Source: a virus. Taken from it: DNA of 64,000 nt. This document shows positions 56,001 through 64,000 of the stretch, piece after piece; the first letter of the stretch is position 1; each line of letters starts with the position of its first letter. A model generated the notes under the pieces. That model saw only the letters and a list, made by a program, of their open reading frames with translations, did not search any database and was not told the DNA's origin. The position numbers and the translations under genes are program-made. The DNA lies in the IMG/VR virus record IMGVR_UViG_3300002144_000620, positions 32,001 through 96,000 of that record; one strand, 5' to 3'.

Positions 56001-57877
56001 TGATTAAACCATACAACCCAATAATAACAGATCCGTTAGGTATTGATGGTTTAATTAATAAGTATGTGTATTCAAAAGATTTAGAGGGTTACGTTAACAA
56101 CCCTTTAATCAGTACTAAAGAAATAGTCACCGAATTAACTAGGTACTTTTTTAGTAGATTAAATATAGAATTAAATTTAGGTAATTTGAAATTATTAGTA
56201 TCATATCTTAGGAGTTATTTAATGAAAACACTGGTTGATAATGGTATGATTACAGAAGATACACCTAATTACGGTTTTCATAGAAATAGGAATCTCGCTA
56301 GCGATAGAGGTTACGAGGGTGATAGGGATACTATTTTAGACGGTAAATCAGGAATATATGGTACTACATCTATAATAGCTGAAATAGTAAATGGTGTATA
56401 CACACCAACAGGTTATGAACCTACATACACCATAAATAAATTTGAGGATTTAAATATGGGTGATAATTTCGATACCTGGATAAAAGGTTTCAATAAAGAT
56501 ACTGTAGATAAAACCCTAAAATTAATTGACTCTTCGATAGAGCATTTCGATAAATTAAATTTAGACGCTGTTAATGAGATAACTGGTTCAAATACACCAA
56601 CAACAAATAACAATAATGATTCATTTGAGCCAGGTGACGTAGACCAAAAAGGTGGTACATATTATAGGATTAAGTCGTTATATGATAAAAACGTATCTTT
56701 TAAAAATATTGATCTAACAAAAACACACTTATTAAAAGGGTCTAGTGAAGAGTTAGGTAGTGTTGATGTTAATGAGATATTAAACACACCTTTATTCTAC
56801 AACTTTAACGTACAAGAATCCGATTTCTGTGAAGATTCAGATACATTTACCGAAGACAAAGTTGATGGTAGGTTAAAAGATCTATATGATTACGCTAGTA
56901 TATTAGATAGAGGTAATAACGATTACGGTACTAAAGTAATTGTTGATATAGCTAGTTTAGGTCAAATGATTGGTGAAGATATCAATAAATTGGTAGATGT
57001 CGATAAGTATACGTCTAAATCTATGTGGACTGTATTATCTAAATTAGCCTCAGATCACGAATTCCTACTACATCCATTAACATCGTATATAAATCTAAAC
57101 GGTACCACTAAAAATGATCAATCACCATACGAACTAGCGCACGACATGTTTGGTGTATTTAAAGATTTAGTGATGTGGGACTCGAACCCAGCGTTTATAT
57201 TTCAACTAGGTTCCCTAACATCTGATATAGACAGAAAAGGCGCTAAAAAGAAAGGTTTTAACCAGTCTTTTGACCCTAGCAGTACATTCTGTTTAGATGT
57301 CGCTACTAATCAGTTAGGTATTGATGGTGAAGGTCGATTATTAGATGAAAACGTACCAGCTGATATTAAAAACTCAAAAGTAACATCTTTTGTTGTTGAC
57401 TTTGCTAACCCAAACCAAAATATGTTTCAAAACATACAGATATCAACAGATGAGTTTGTGAATACCGAAGAGAGTATTAAAACAGCCGTTAGTTTAACTG
57501 ATAGTAGTCAACGTGCGGTACTCTCTACAGGTAAATTATTTAGTGCTATGGAAAGTAGATCTTACTCATGTACCGTAACCAGTCTAGGCAACGCAACTAT
57601 ACAACCATTATCTTATTTTTATCTAAGAAACGTACCGTTATTTTATGGTACTTATTGGATTACAAATGTTAGTCATAAAATAACGGCAAACAATATGGTA
57701 ACCACATTTAAAGGTGTTAGACAACCTATTGCTAGAAAACCAACAGCTAACGGAACAGTTATAAAAAATTTAATACGAACTGCTCTAGCACAAGCGGCAG
57801 AAAGTGGTTTTCTTGATAGAGAAGATCTAACACCAGCTAGAACTCAGGGTGAAATATATTCAGATAGAGGAAATTAA
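53033..57877 (+). CDS. Large baseplate hub protein with a gp27/late-control-D-like C-terminus
   Basis: RSYSCTVTSLGNATIQPLSYFYLRNVPLFYGTYWITNVSHKI...MVTTFKGVR; TAATG coupling to the upstream gene. Confidence 0.65.
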   Translation: MSTNLQAYLTQRYLNLSHNNIGDLMETSYTENESGILQNTFNDNRDGFNSESLTKEIHGVDFWDAVNGDVGTPINHAIFAQNIIDEVSSGNFDKSANLLISSIRSESNSNYIFYEELLSLFRKTQGLVEVPISLVLQIGAKYDAYYYGSKDESINFSKINGLFGVNNLDIFDNDDVSFRHYGSYGYNQKNLSVATIPFLRPITPKSIEDKMVFGFENYTTTNTVKNYRESFYNFETKRNESISNNISSHIPVSGYGVLNNYLNAMSKLYFGIGLDGGDVNETANDNSVPYHIIGNYNGRLKTIKTYNDQNINFMASYNSYNPNIKHDLSNIVDDFNTLSSSITFDDDFIFTNKYSVKKIEFFLILSKIKVNFLGGHITSSGVYNSIINLCGVNNLGAKELDSFDLPDFVALLLYSMYPPDGAEPDEGLNRLNKNTKVLSKYYVDPNSFIGISTETPSINNDGFSLQKEIIRLNGEYTNLPNIVSELLIDIWSKEFKTDSSQKLSKLDKKGTFMLYPSSGGGIEINNLLTNSNKVTDDRSLYQNSPQINYKYSKTNIVSTEITPNDLSTSTYLNSLKYDDNNFTNYSRVVLNDILLNKDISDFYSKYENAYNLITTLTTVDKTIDKFSGTKTIPVNITENDTALLYKFNPVYFKPQSYLTDTKSINYFDRYDDVHIIANTTNPDGVHKLKFDNRTLILNTSRLFWFDTPKEDIITVPEYITYNTKKSNGGYQYNLNVDVFEFTHYIYDVNIYPNVFKDDIKKGFINHHGRELIYNEFTPGKSLYVENGLEDPKEDYTDYVQRYDNTVKPLIDIFDVDKLEDFRSLYKQFSGASTGSYFSDTFNTFNFKNLIKHLNIVGYKDLPNNLSIDGRNFSKDEIATLLNGYTGHFIEFASITGLNRLINTALTIGQQNKATLVIDEFLNDKITVNNYSIAGPLDVQNTRNNPTGIKINTFPFNPIIAYASQNKSYEDIVGPVGDILLFRTILFGDQMIKPYNPIITDPLGIDGLINKYVYSKDLEGYVNNPLISTKEIVTELTRYFFSRLNIELNLGNLKLLVSYLRSYLMKTLVDNGMITEDTPNYGFHRNRNLASDRGYEGDRDTILDGKSGIYGTTSIIAEIVNGVYTPTGYEPTYTINKFEDLNMGDNFDTWIKGFNKDTVDKTLKLIDSSIEHFDKLNLDAVNEITGSNTPTTNNNNDSFEPGDVDQKGGTYYRIKSLYDKNVSFKNIDLTKTHLLKGSSEELGSVDVNEILNTPLFYNFNVQESDFCEDSDTFTEDKVDGRLKDLYDYASILDRGNNDYGTKVIVDIASLGQMIGEDINKLVDVDKYTSKSMWTVLSKLASDHEFLLHPLTSYINLNGTTKNDQSPYELAHDMFGVFKDLVMWDSNPAFIFQLGSLTSDIDRKGAKKKGFNQSFDPSSTFCLDVATNQLGIDGEGRLLDENVPADIKNSKVTSFVVDFANPNQNMFQNIQISTDEFVNTEESIKTAVSLTDSSQRAVLSTGKLFSAMESRSYSCTVTSLGNATIQPLSYFYLRNVPLFYGTYWITNVSHKITANNMVTTFKGVRQPIARKPTANGTVIKNLIRTALAQAAESGFLDREDLTPARTQGEIYSDRGN

Positions 57878-57913
57878 TAAATTAATTAAAATAAGTAAAA
57901 TAAGTAAAACAAA

Positions 57914-60412
57914 ATGGCAAATAAAGACCCGTTAGGTACCATATACCAAGGTGTTGACATTAATCAACACCCAGAATCAGAGGGTAAATTCGTTTCATAT
58001 GGTGGTAGTTGGATAGCAGTATCATACATCAACATGATGATTGATAATGACGACACTGACACCATGAAAATTAAAACATTAATATCATACTTACATAATA
58101 ACGCATGTGAGTTAGGTCAAATTAGTGGTTGGAACCTAAAAGAATCTATGGTATATTTTATCGATGTGATAACAATGGATTTATATAAGAAATTGGGTTA
58201 CGACTCTTTAGAAACTTTATCATTAAGTGAAATAATAGATACCTATTATAGAGCTGGTTGTGTAGCTGAAACAATGTTACTTAAAGCAATAGATTTAGGT
58301 GACAACCCTAGTGAACTACTTACTTATTTGTCAATAACAGAAGAAGAATTTTATAAACCAAAAACAACTACGTTTACTGATGCGAGTGGTACTAAATTAC
58401 CTGGACAAGACTCAACAACACCTAAAATAACATTTACCGATGATATAAACGCTACTTTCGAGTTGTACAAAACAACATCAACTAAAACTAATATGTGGGT
58501 TAGTGACAAAACGCCTAATAACCAACTTTCTGGTCAAGGTGTAACAACATACGGTTTAACAAATTTATGGTTTAAACCTACTGTTGGCAACAGTAGGTTT
58601 ATTGATAACCCGAGTTTACTAAATAGTACTGGCGCAATAAATTGGGCTATAGAAGAAGATAAATACGAAGCAATAACTGAAAGTCAGTATAATACTGAAG
58701 AACTTAAACCACGTAAAAATAACGGAAGTATACTTAATGATAAAATCAACGAAGATTATACTACAATTAAATCTTTTATCACTAGTGATAGAAAGTTTAT
58801 ATACGTTCGATGGATAACTCTTTATAATAACACAACACTGACTCAAGCGAATGCGCCAAATATAAAAGTAGCACCAAATTGGTTTAAAATACCAACAGAA
58901 GAGGTTATTAAAACCCGCTATGCAGCTACTTATGTTGAGGGTGAGTATGATGACTATATAAACTATGGTATTGCTACACCAGGAACAACAATAGGTCACC
59001 CTAAAGGCGCACAATTTGATTGGAAAAAAGCTAACAGTACTATTAGGAAACCATACACGTACCCAGCCGAACCATCAGGTACAACTAAAGACGACCACTA
59101 CATAGTATCATATGGTGGTATTGGTAAAACTAAAAAACACGCATTTTATAAAATTATAAAAACTAGTGAAGCTACCCCTAGTGATGCTTTAAAAATTAAT
59201 AACCACAGTTTTATCAGTGGATACGGTTACGGTAAAGATACTGGTGATCCTGATAAGGATATACTTCACGATTTTACGGTTAGAAATTCAACAACTGGTC
59301 AAACTAGTGGTGTTGATATTTTACTACAATCTACATCAAACGCTGGGTCCGTTATAGATGGATGGGTCTCACCATTACCTGGCGTACCGACATCAGTAAG
59401 CAAATTTGGTTTAAGAAATGGTAAAGAGCATGAAGGTATAGACTTACGAGCCGTACAAGGCACCGAAGTATACAGCTCTTATGACGGTATTATTGTAGCC
59501 GCTGGACTATTAAATTCAAATGGTTACGGTAATGTGGTTGTAATACAACACCAGGATGTTAATTTAACAACAATATACGGACATTTAAGTGAATTTAATT
59601 TCACTGAAAGTGGTACACAAATAAGCAAACCTGTTAAAGCTGGTGAGCTAATAGGTAAAAGTGGTGGTACTAAGGGTACTCCTGGTGCTGGTAACAGTAA
59701 GGACCCCCATTTACATTATGAGATAAGAAAAGGTTTAGCCACCAATTACTCATCATCTTTTAGTTTAACGTCTACTGATCCAGAACCATATATTATAGGG
59801 GATAACACAACAACAAACAGTAATGTAGCAACACCTGGGTCAATCCAAACTGGTAATACCGCTGATTTTTGGTCGCTATTAGCTATATGCGCACTTGAAG
59901 ATGGTTATCCACAAGGCAGAGCTGATGTCGCACAATCAATATACAATAGAGTTGGTTCACCAATGTATCAACCCACAATTGCCGAAGTAATCAAATATAA
60001 AGCAGGTTACCAACCAGCATTCGCTAATGCAAAAGGTGATATTTCACAAAATTTTGCTAATATTAAAGATAAAACTACCGCTATAAAAGCGTTAGCTGAT
60101 AAACAATACAAAAAATCTTCAGACCCAACAGCTGCCGCAACTAAGGCACTTAAAGAAACATGGGAAGCGCTTAAAGACCCTAATAACCAAAATAACGCTA
60201 AACAATTAATTCAAGGTAGAACCGATTTCAAGGCAGAACGTGAAGGTAGTGTTACCTCTAGAAATGCTAATTTAAAATCAGATGGACGAGGTATCTTTGT
60301 TCAGAGAAAACAAAAGGACAACGTATATGGGTGGTCATATAATTATATAACAAATACAACTTATGGACCACCAGCACAAACATTTTGGGATTTAGGTAGT
60401 AATAGTTTTTAA
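57914..60412 (+). CDS. Virion-associated lysin: M23 peptidase plus SleB/CwlJ-like (Hydrolase_2) domain
   Basis: HEGID..YGHLS..PHLHYE (M23); LLAICALED..ADVAQSIYNRV..TIAEVI...YQP. Confidence 0.85.
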   Translation: MANKDPLGTIYQGVDINQHPESEGKFVSYGGSWIAVSYINMMIDNDDTDTMKIKTLISYLHNNACELGQISGWNLKESMVYFIDVITMDLYKKLGYDSLETLSLSEIIDTYYRAGCVAETMLLKAIDLGDNPSELLTYLSITEEEFYKPKTTTFTDASGTKLPGQDSTTPKITFTDDINATFELYKTTSTKTNMWVSDKTPNNQLSGQGVTTYGLTNLWFKPTVGNSRFIDNPSLLNSTGAINWAIEEDKYEAITESQYNTEELKPRKNNGSILNDKINEDYTTIKSFITSDRKFIYVRWITLYNNTTLTQANAPNIKVAPNWFKIPTEEVIKTRYAATYVEGEYDDYINYGIATPGTTIGHPKGAQFDWKKANSTIRKPYTYPAEPSGTTKDDHYIVSYGGIGKTKKHAFYKIIKTSEATPSDALKINNHSFISGYGYGKDTGDPDKDILHDFTVRNSTTGQTSGVDILLQSTSNAGSVIDGWVSPLPGVPTSVSKFGLRNGKEHEGIDLRAVQGTEVYSSYDGIIVAAGLLNSNGYGNVVVIQHQDVNLTTIYGHLSEFNFTESGTQISKPVKAGELIGKSGGTKGTPGAGNSKDPHLHYEIRKGLATNYSSSFSLTSTDPEPYIIGDNTTTNSNVATPGSIQTGNTADFWSLLAICALEDGYPQGRADVAQSIYNRVGSPMYQPTIAEVIKYKAGYQPAFANAKGDISQNFANIKDKTTAIKALADKQYKKSSDPTAAATKALKETWEALKDPNNQNNAKQLIQGRTDFKAEREGSVTSRNANLKSDGRGIFVQRKQKDNVYGWSYNYITNTTYGPPAQTFWDLGSNSF

Positions 60413-60471
60413 TATTAAGTTACTATACAACACTTTAATAAAATTCGTTATATTTATAAGAAATAACAATT

Positions 60472-60693
60472 ATGAATAATATTGGAAATAAATTAGATAA
60501 TTTTCTGGGTAATCAAAATAACCCACAGATAGGTGAAGAGGTTTGTGATTTAAATGGTGTTTGCTATATTAAAACTAAAGATGGTTTAATAGAAAAAACA
60601 TTAATTGAAAAAAAATTAGTACTAGAAGATGGTAGGGAATTACTAAGAGAAGAAAGACCAATAAGCAACTCAAGTAAAAGATTTTTAAGATGA
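60472..60693 (+). CDS. Small hypothetical protein
   Basis: 73-aa ORF with TATTTATA upstream; EVCDLNGVC..KDGLIE..EDGRELL. Confidence 0.7.
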   Translation: MNNIGNKLDNFLGNQNNPQIGEEVCDLNGVCYIKTKDGLIEKTLIEKKLVLEDGRELLREERPISNSSKRFLR

Positions 60694-61400
60694 ATAAAAA
60701 ATTAGACACTATATTATCTGAAGAGATATCGAGATTTAACGATATACTATCTTACACCTTAACCGAAGGTCATCACTATAAATTTTATGAAGCTGAAGAG
60801 GAAGTTGGTACTGAAGATGTTATTGATGAACCAGGTGAAATACCTGTTGATGATACTGAAGAGGTTATTGACGACACCGATTTAGAAACTGGTGATGAGG
60901 TTTCTGACGAAACTAGTATTGATACAACAGAAATGGAACCTGAAGTAGAACCTGAAGGTGATATAGAAGTTGATGTAACGGATTTAGTTAATTCAACAAA
61001 AGAAATGAACACTAAAGCTGACGATATTGTACAAAAGATTCTTGGAACAACAACAAAAATAGAGGATATGATTAATAAAGTTGATGGTGTTGAAAAAAGT
61101 TTACAAAAGATGGACTCTTTGGTACAACAAATGCAAAGCCTAACTAAACAAGTTGAGTTAATGAGACCACCAACTGAGGGGGAAAGAAGAAAAGCTTTGG
61201 CGAAAGATTCTTACCCATTCAACGTAACACAAGACGATTACGCTGAAGGTACTGGACCAAAAACACAAACTGACTTAGAAGGTAGACCAGATAAATTATC
61301 TATGATGGATAATTTAGTAAACGATTACAATGAGACTGATATTAAACACAGTTTTTATAATGTCGAAGATAAAGAAGAGAAAAAAATAAGTAACTACTAA
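60690..61400 (+). CDS. Acidic coiled-coil protein (possible prohead core/scaffold-like)
   Basis: ILSEEISRF..LTE leader, D/E-rich tract, coiled coil. Confidence 0.65.
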   Translation: MNKKLDTILSEEISRFNDILSYTLTEGHHYKFYEAEEEVGTEDVIDEPGEIPVDDTEEVIDDTDLETGDEVSDETSIDTTEMEPEVEPEGDIEVDVTDLVNSTKEMNTKADDIVQKILGTTTKIEDMINKVDGVEKSLQKMDSLVQQMQSLTKQVELMRPPTEGERRKALAKDSYPFNVTQDDYAEGTGPKTQTDLEGRPDKLSMMDNLVNDYNETDIKHSFYNVEDKEEKKISNY

Positions 61401-61401
61401 T

Positions 61402-61707
61402 ATGAGAAACCCAGGATTACAACAAGAGATCGTAACAACATATATAACGGTTGGTGATGGTGCGTTAGTACCAGTCGATACAAACGATTATACAATTAAT
61501 TACTATTCAATACTAACATGTGGTAATACATCTGATACTATTACAGTAACATTAAACGGTGTACCAAATGTTGTGTTATCTATGATTGGTTTAGTTGAAA
61601 TGTCTATACAGTCTATAGAAGTAACATCAGTACAAAACACTAGTGGTGCTGGTGTAACTAAAGGTTTGATTGTTTACGGTTTAAAAGCGTATAAAACAAT
61701 GTGGTAA
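61402..61707 (+). CDS. Hypothetical beta-rich protein
   Basis: 101-aa ORF followed by a terminator. Confidence 0.65.
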   Translation: MRNPGLQQEIVTTYITVGDGALVPVDTNDYTINYYSILTCGNTSDTITVTLNGVPNVVLSMIGLVEMSIQSIEVTSVQNTSGAGVTKGLIVYGLKAYKTMW

Positions 61708-61730
61708 ACACAGATTAAAATTAATATTAC

Positions 61731-61758
61731 GAGACCTCTATTTATAGGGGTCTTTTTT
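61731..61758 (+). terminator. Intrinsic terminator
   Basis: GAGACCTCTAT-tt-ATAGGGGTCTTTTTT. Confidence 0.85.
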
Positions 61759-61795
61759 ATTTATTGAAGTTTTTTAACTACAAACTTGTTTTTTA

Positions 61796-61826
61796 GCTAA
61801 TTTGTTCTTAGTTTTGTACCATAACA
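61796..61826 (+). promoter_or_regulatory. Bacteroidota-type promoter for the SSB/recombination operon
   Basis: TTG 61796-61798, 20 nt, TAGTTTTG 61819-61826. Confidence 0.75.
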
Positions 61827-61842
61827 TATAAAAATATAAATT

Positions 61843-62796
61843 ATGATTGATTACAAAAAAATTGATTGGGGCAAGGCCGCTACAGACACTCTGGCTGATT
61901 ACGAACAAGAAAAAGCGAAATCAGCTAACAATTCAACACAAAGAACTAGCGTTGATTTAACCAAGTACTTCAACATCATGTTGGACAAAAGTGAGAATCA
62001 AGGTGAGAAATCCATTAGGGTTCTTCCTAACCAAGACGACCCAACTAAATGGTACAAAATTGGTTACTTCCACAACATTAAAATTGGTTCAAAGTACACT
62101 AAACTTTACGATCCAGCACAAGACAATGAACATTCACCACTTAACGACACCTATAATTTTTATATGGGTACTGGTGATAAAGATGACAGACGAATGGCTA
62201 ATAACTACAAGTCTAGACAATTCTTTATTATTAGATGTATTGAGCGTGGTAAAGAGCATGAAGGTGTTAAATTCTGGAGATTCCCAGTTGTTCAAGATGG
62301 TTCAGGTATTATGGACAAAATCGCACCACTAGTTAAGAAGTATGGTGCATTCTGGAACCCTTTTGAGGGTTACGACCTAACAATCTCTATCATCAGAGAT
62401 AATAAAAACGGAGCACCAGGTGGTGGGTATTGTAAAGCGTCTTCTATTATTCCAGATAGAGAATCTAAATTATCTGATGATGAAACCCAAACAACCACAT
62501 GGTTAAGTGATGAAATGGTTTGGACCGATATCTTTAGAAAAAAATCTAATGATTACCTACTTATTGTTGCTTCTGGTGACGAACCAATGTGGGATGCTGA
62601 AGCAAAGAAATTTGTAACTAAAGTTGAGGATGGTATAACAAACTACCAAAGTAACGATACACCAACTGAGAAAGTTGTGTACGAAACCCCAACTAGCACT
62701 AGCACTAACACCAACGGAACAGACGTTGTTAATGAAACACCTACTGAGCCAACGAATAATGCACCTCAGTTACAAATTGATGATTTACCGTTCTAA
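61843..62796 (+). CDS. Single-stranded DNA-binding protein (T4 gp32-like)
   Basis: IRVLP..FH..GVKFWRF..GYDLTI; acidic tail ending DDLPF; upstream of UvsX. Confidence 0.85.
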   Translation: MIDYKKIDWGKAATDTLADYEQEKAKSANNSTQRTSVDLTKYFNIMLDKSENQGEKSIRVLPNQDDPTKWYKIGYFHNIKIGSKYTKLYDPAQDNEHSPLNDTYNFYMGTGDKDDRRMANNYKSRQFFIIRCIERGKEHEGVKFWRFPVVQDGSGIMDKIAPLVKKYGAFWNPFEGYDLTISIIRDNKNGAPGGGYCKASSIIPDRESKLSDDETQTTTWLSDEMVWTDIFRKKSNDYLLIVASGDEPMWDAEAKKFVTKVEDGITNYQSNDTPTEKVVYETPTSTSTNTNGTDVVNETPTEPTNNAPQLQIDDLPF

Positions 62797-62810
62797 AAAC
62801 TAAAATCATA

Positions 62811-62867
62811 ATGCACGAACATTTGGGTTGGTATATAGGTATCAACTCATGTTCGTGCATTTTTTTT
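62811..62867 (+). terminator. Long (~22-bp) hairpin plus U-tract between the SSB and UvsX genes
   Basis: ATGCACGAACAT...ATGTTCGTGCAT perfect 12-bp stem, an inner 10-bp stem with G-U pairs, then T7. Confidence 0.75.
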
Positions 62868-62889
62868 AACAACATAACAAATAAATAAA

Positions 62890-63891
62890 ATGGCAGTAAA
62901 GAAAAAAGAATTCTCATTCGATGACATGAGAAATAAATATAGTTCATCAACAACATACAAACCAGACGAATTCTTAAACTGCGGTAATGCGTTTTTAGAA
63001 ATGACTGGCGTACAAGGACCAGCAACTGGCCACATTAACATGTTCTTAGGTCACTCTGACACGGGTAAAACAACTGCGCTAATTTTAGCGGCTATTGCTG
63101 CACAAAAGAGAGGTGCCGTACCAGTATTCTTAGTCACTGAAAAGAAATGGGATTTCAGTCACGCTAAACTAATGGGTTTAGATTGTGAACAAGATCCATC
63201 AACAGGTGAATGGGTAGGTCGATTTTTTTATCGTGACGATTTCTTCTATATTGAACAAATTACAGACTATATCAATAAATTACTAGATGATCAAGCTAAA
63301 GGTGATATTCCATTTGATTTAGTATTCTTCTGGGATTCTGTTGGTTCAGTACCATGTAAAATGACTTTTGATGGTAAAGGTGGTAAACAACATACAGCTG
63401 GTGTATTAGCAGAAAAAATTGGTATGGGTATTAACCAAAGAATTAATAGCACCAGAAAAGACACGTCAGAGTATACAAATACTATGGTAGTAATTAACCA
63501 ACCTTGGGTTGAATTACCAGACAACCCGTTTGGACAACCTAGAATTAAAGCTAAAGGTGGTGACGCATTTTGGTTAAACTCAACAATGATATTCTTATTT
63601 GGTAATCAGAAAAACGCTGGTACTGGTAAAATAGATGCAACTAAAAATGGTCGTAAGGTTAAGTTTGCAACAAGAACCAAAATTAGTGTAATGAAAAACC
63701 ACGTAAACGGTTTAGGTTATGGTGATGGTAAGATAATAGCAACACCACATGGTTTCATATTAGACACTAAAGAAGCTATAGACCAATATAAAAAGGATTA
63801 TTCTGACTACTGGGTTGATACTTTAGGAGCTACGGATTTTGATTTAGATGAAGAAGAAACAAAATCTGGTGTAGACTATGAAGATCAATAA
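62890..63891 (+). CDS. uvsX: RecA/UvsX-like recombinase
   Basis: GHSDTGKTT Walker A, FFWDSVGS Walker B, VINQPW, KGG, KNHVNG. Confidence 0.9.
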   Translation: MAVKKKEFSFDDMRNKYSSSTTYKPDEFLNCGNAFLEMTGVQGPATGHINMFLGHSDTGKTTALILAAIAAQKRGAVPVFLVTEKKWDFSHAKLMGLDCEQDPSTGEWVGRFFYRDDFFYIEQITDYINKLLDDQAKGDIPFDLVFFWDSVGSVPCKMTFDGKGGKQHTAGVLAEKIGMGINQRINSTRKDTSEYTNTMVVINQPWVELPDNPFGQPRIKAKGGDAFWLNSTMIFLFGNQKNAGTGKIDATKNGRKVKFATRTKISVMKNHVNGLGYGDGKIIATPHGFILDTKEAIDQYKKDYSDYWVDTLGATDFDLDEEETKSGVDYEDQ

Positions 63892-64000
63892 ACCGATTAG
63901 AAATAAGGTAACATCACTAAACTCACTATTAATTGATGGTGAGTATTTATTAAAACAAGGGTTTCATGGCGCTAAACACACTCAAGGTAAACATGGGAGT
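63878..64000 (+). CDS. Partial 5'-3' exonuclease / RNase H (PolI-N or T4 Rnh-like), runs off the right edge
   Basis: Own translation: MKINKPIRNKVTSLNSLLIDGEYLLKQGFHG..; LLIDG motif. Confidence 0.7.
   Translation, partial: MKINKPIRNKVTSLNSLLIDGEYLLKQGFHGAKHTQGKHGS

Noticed and set aside
57875-57913. Stop-codon read-through or alternative genetic code joining hub and lysin
   Set aside because: Several in-frame TAA stops lie in the gap; genes throughout are intact in the standard code and end in TAA, TAG or TGA.
61991-62332. 113-aa alternate-frame ORF inside the SSB gene (also 8552-8752, 11664-11858)
   Set aside because: No recognisable motifs or initiation context; expected by chance.
1-64000. 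tRNA, rRNA, integrase or transposase genes
   Set aside because: None recognised; intergenic gaps are short and AT-rich with no cloverleaf or T-loop signatures (by eye only).

Overview
AT-rich, densely coding segment of a large tailed dsDNA phage (T4-like/jumbo myovirus), standard genetic code. The host is probably Bacteroidota: several TTG-N20-TAnnTTTG host-type promoters are present and leaders lack Shine-Dalgarno sites. The left arm (minus strand, 1-19.3 kb) holds PhoH, a sugar/glycosylation island, a holin-like gene, a WYL-like protein, a family-B DNA polymerase and neck/BppU-like structural genes. The island comprises a HAD phosphatase, NeuB, NeuA, two GT29-like sialyltransferases, GT2 and GT4 glycosyltransferases, FkbM, dUTPase and an HldE kinase. 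The right arm (mostly plus strand) holds LamG adhesins, a Gp88-like Fe-S protein, an SNF2 helicase, neck, tail completion, sheath, tube, a tail chaperone, three tape-measure-like genes, giant baseplate proteins, an M23/SleB-like lysin, a gp32-like SSB, UvsX/RecA and the start of a 5'-3' exonuclease. Most notable observations: (1) a ~120-aa non-intein, macro-like domain inserted inside the proofreading exonuclease of the DNA polymerase; (2) a phage-encoded nonulosonic-acid (sialic acid/KDN) synthesis-activation-transfer pathway with eukaryote-type sialyltransferase motifs; (3) an in-frame 2,028-bp tandem duplication that creates a chimeric short tape measure, with only synonymous differences seen between copies; (4) a likely +1 frameshift in the tail chaperone; (5) a duplicated antisense-promoter/iteron/AT-rich element between sheath and tube. 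All family calls come from motif recognition by eye; no searches were run.
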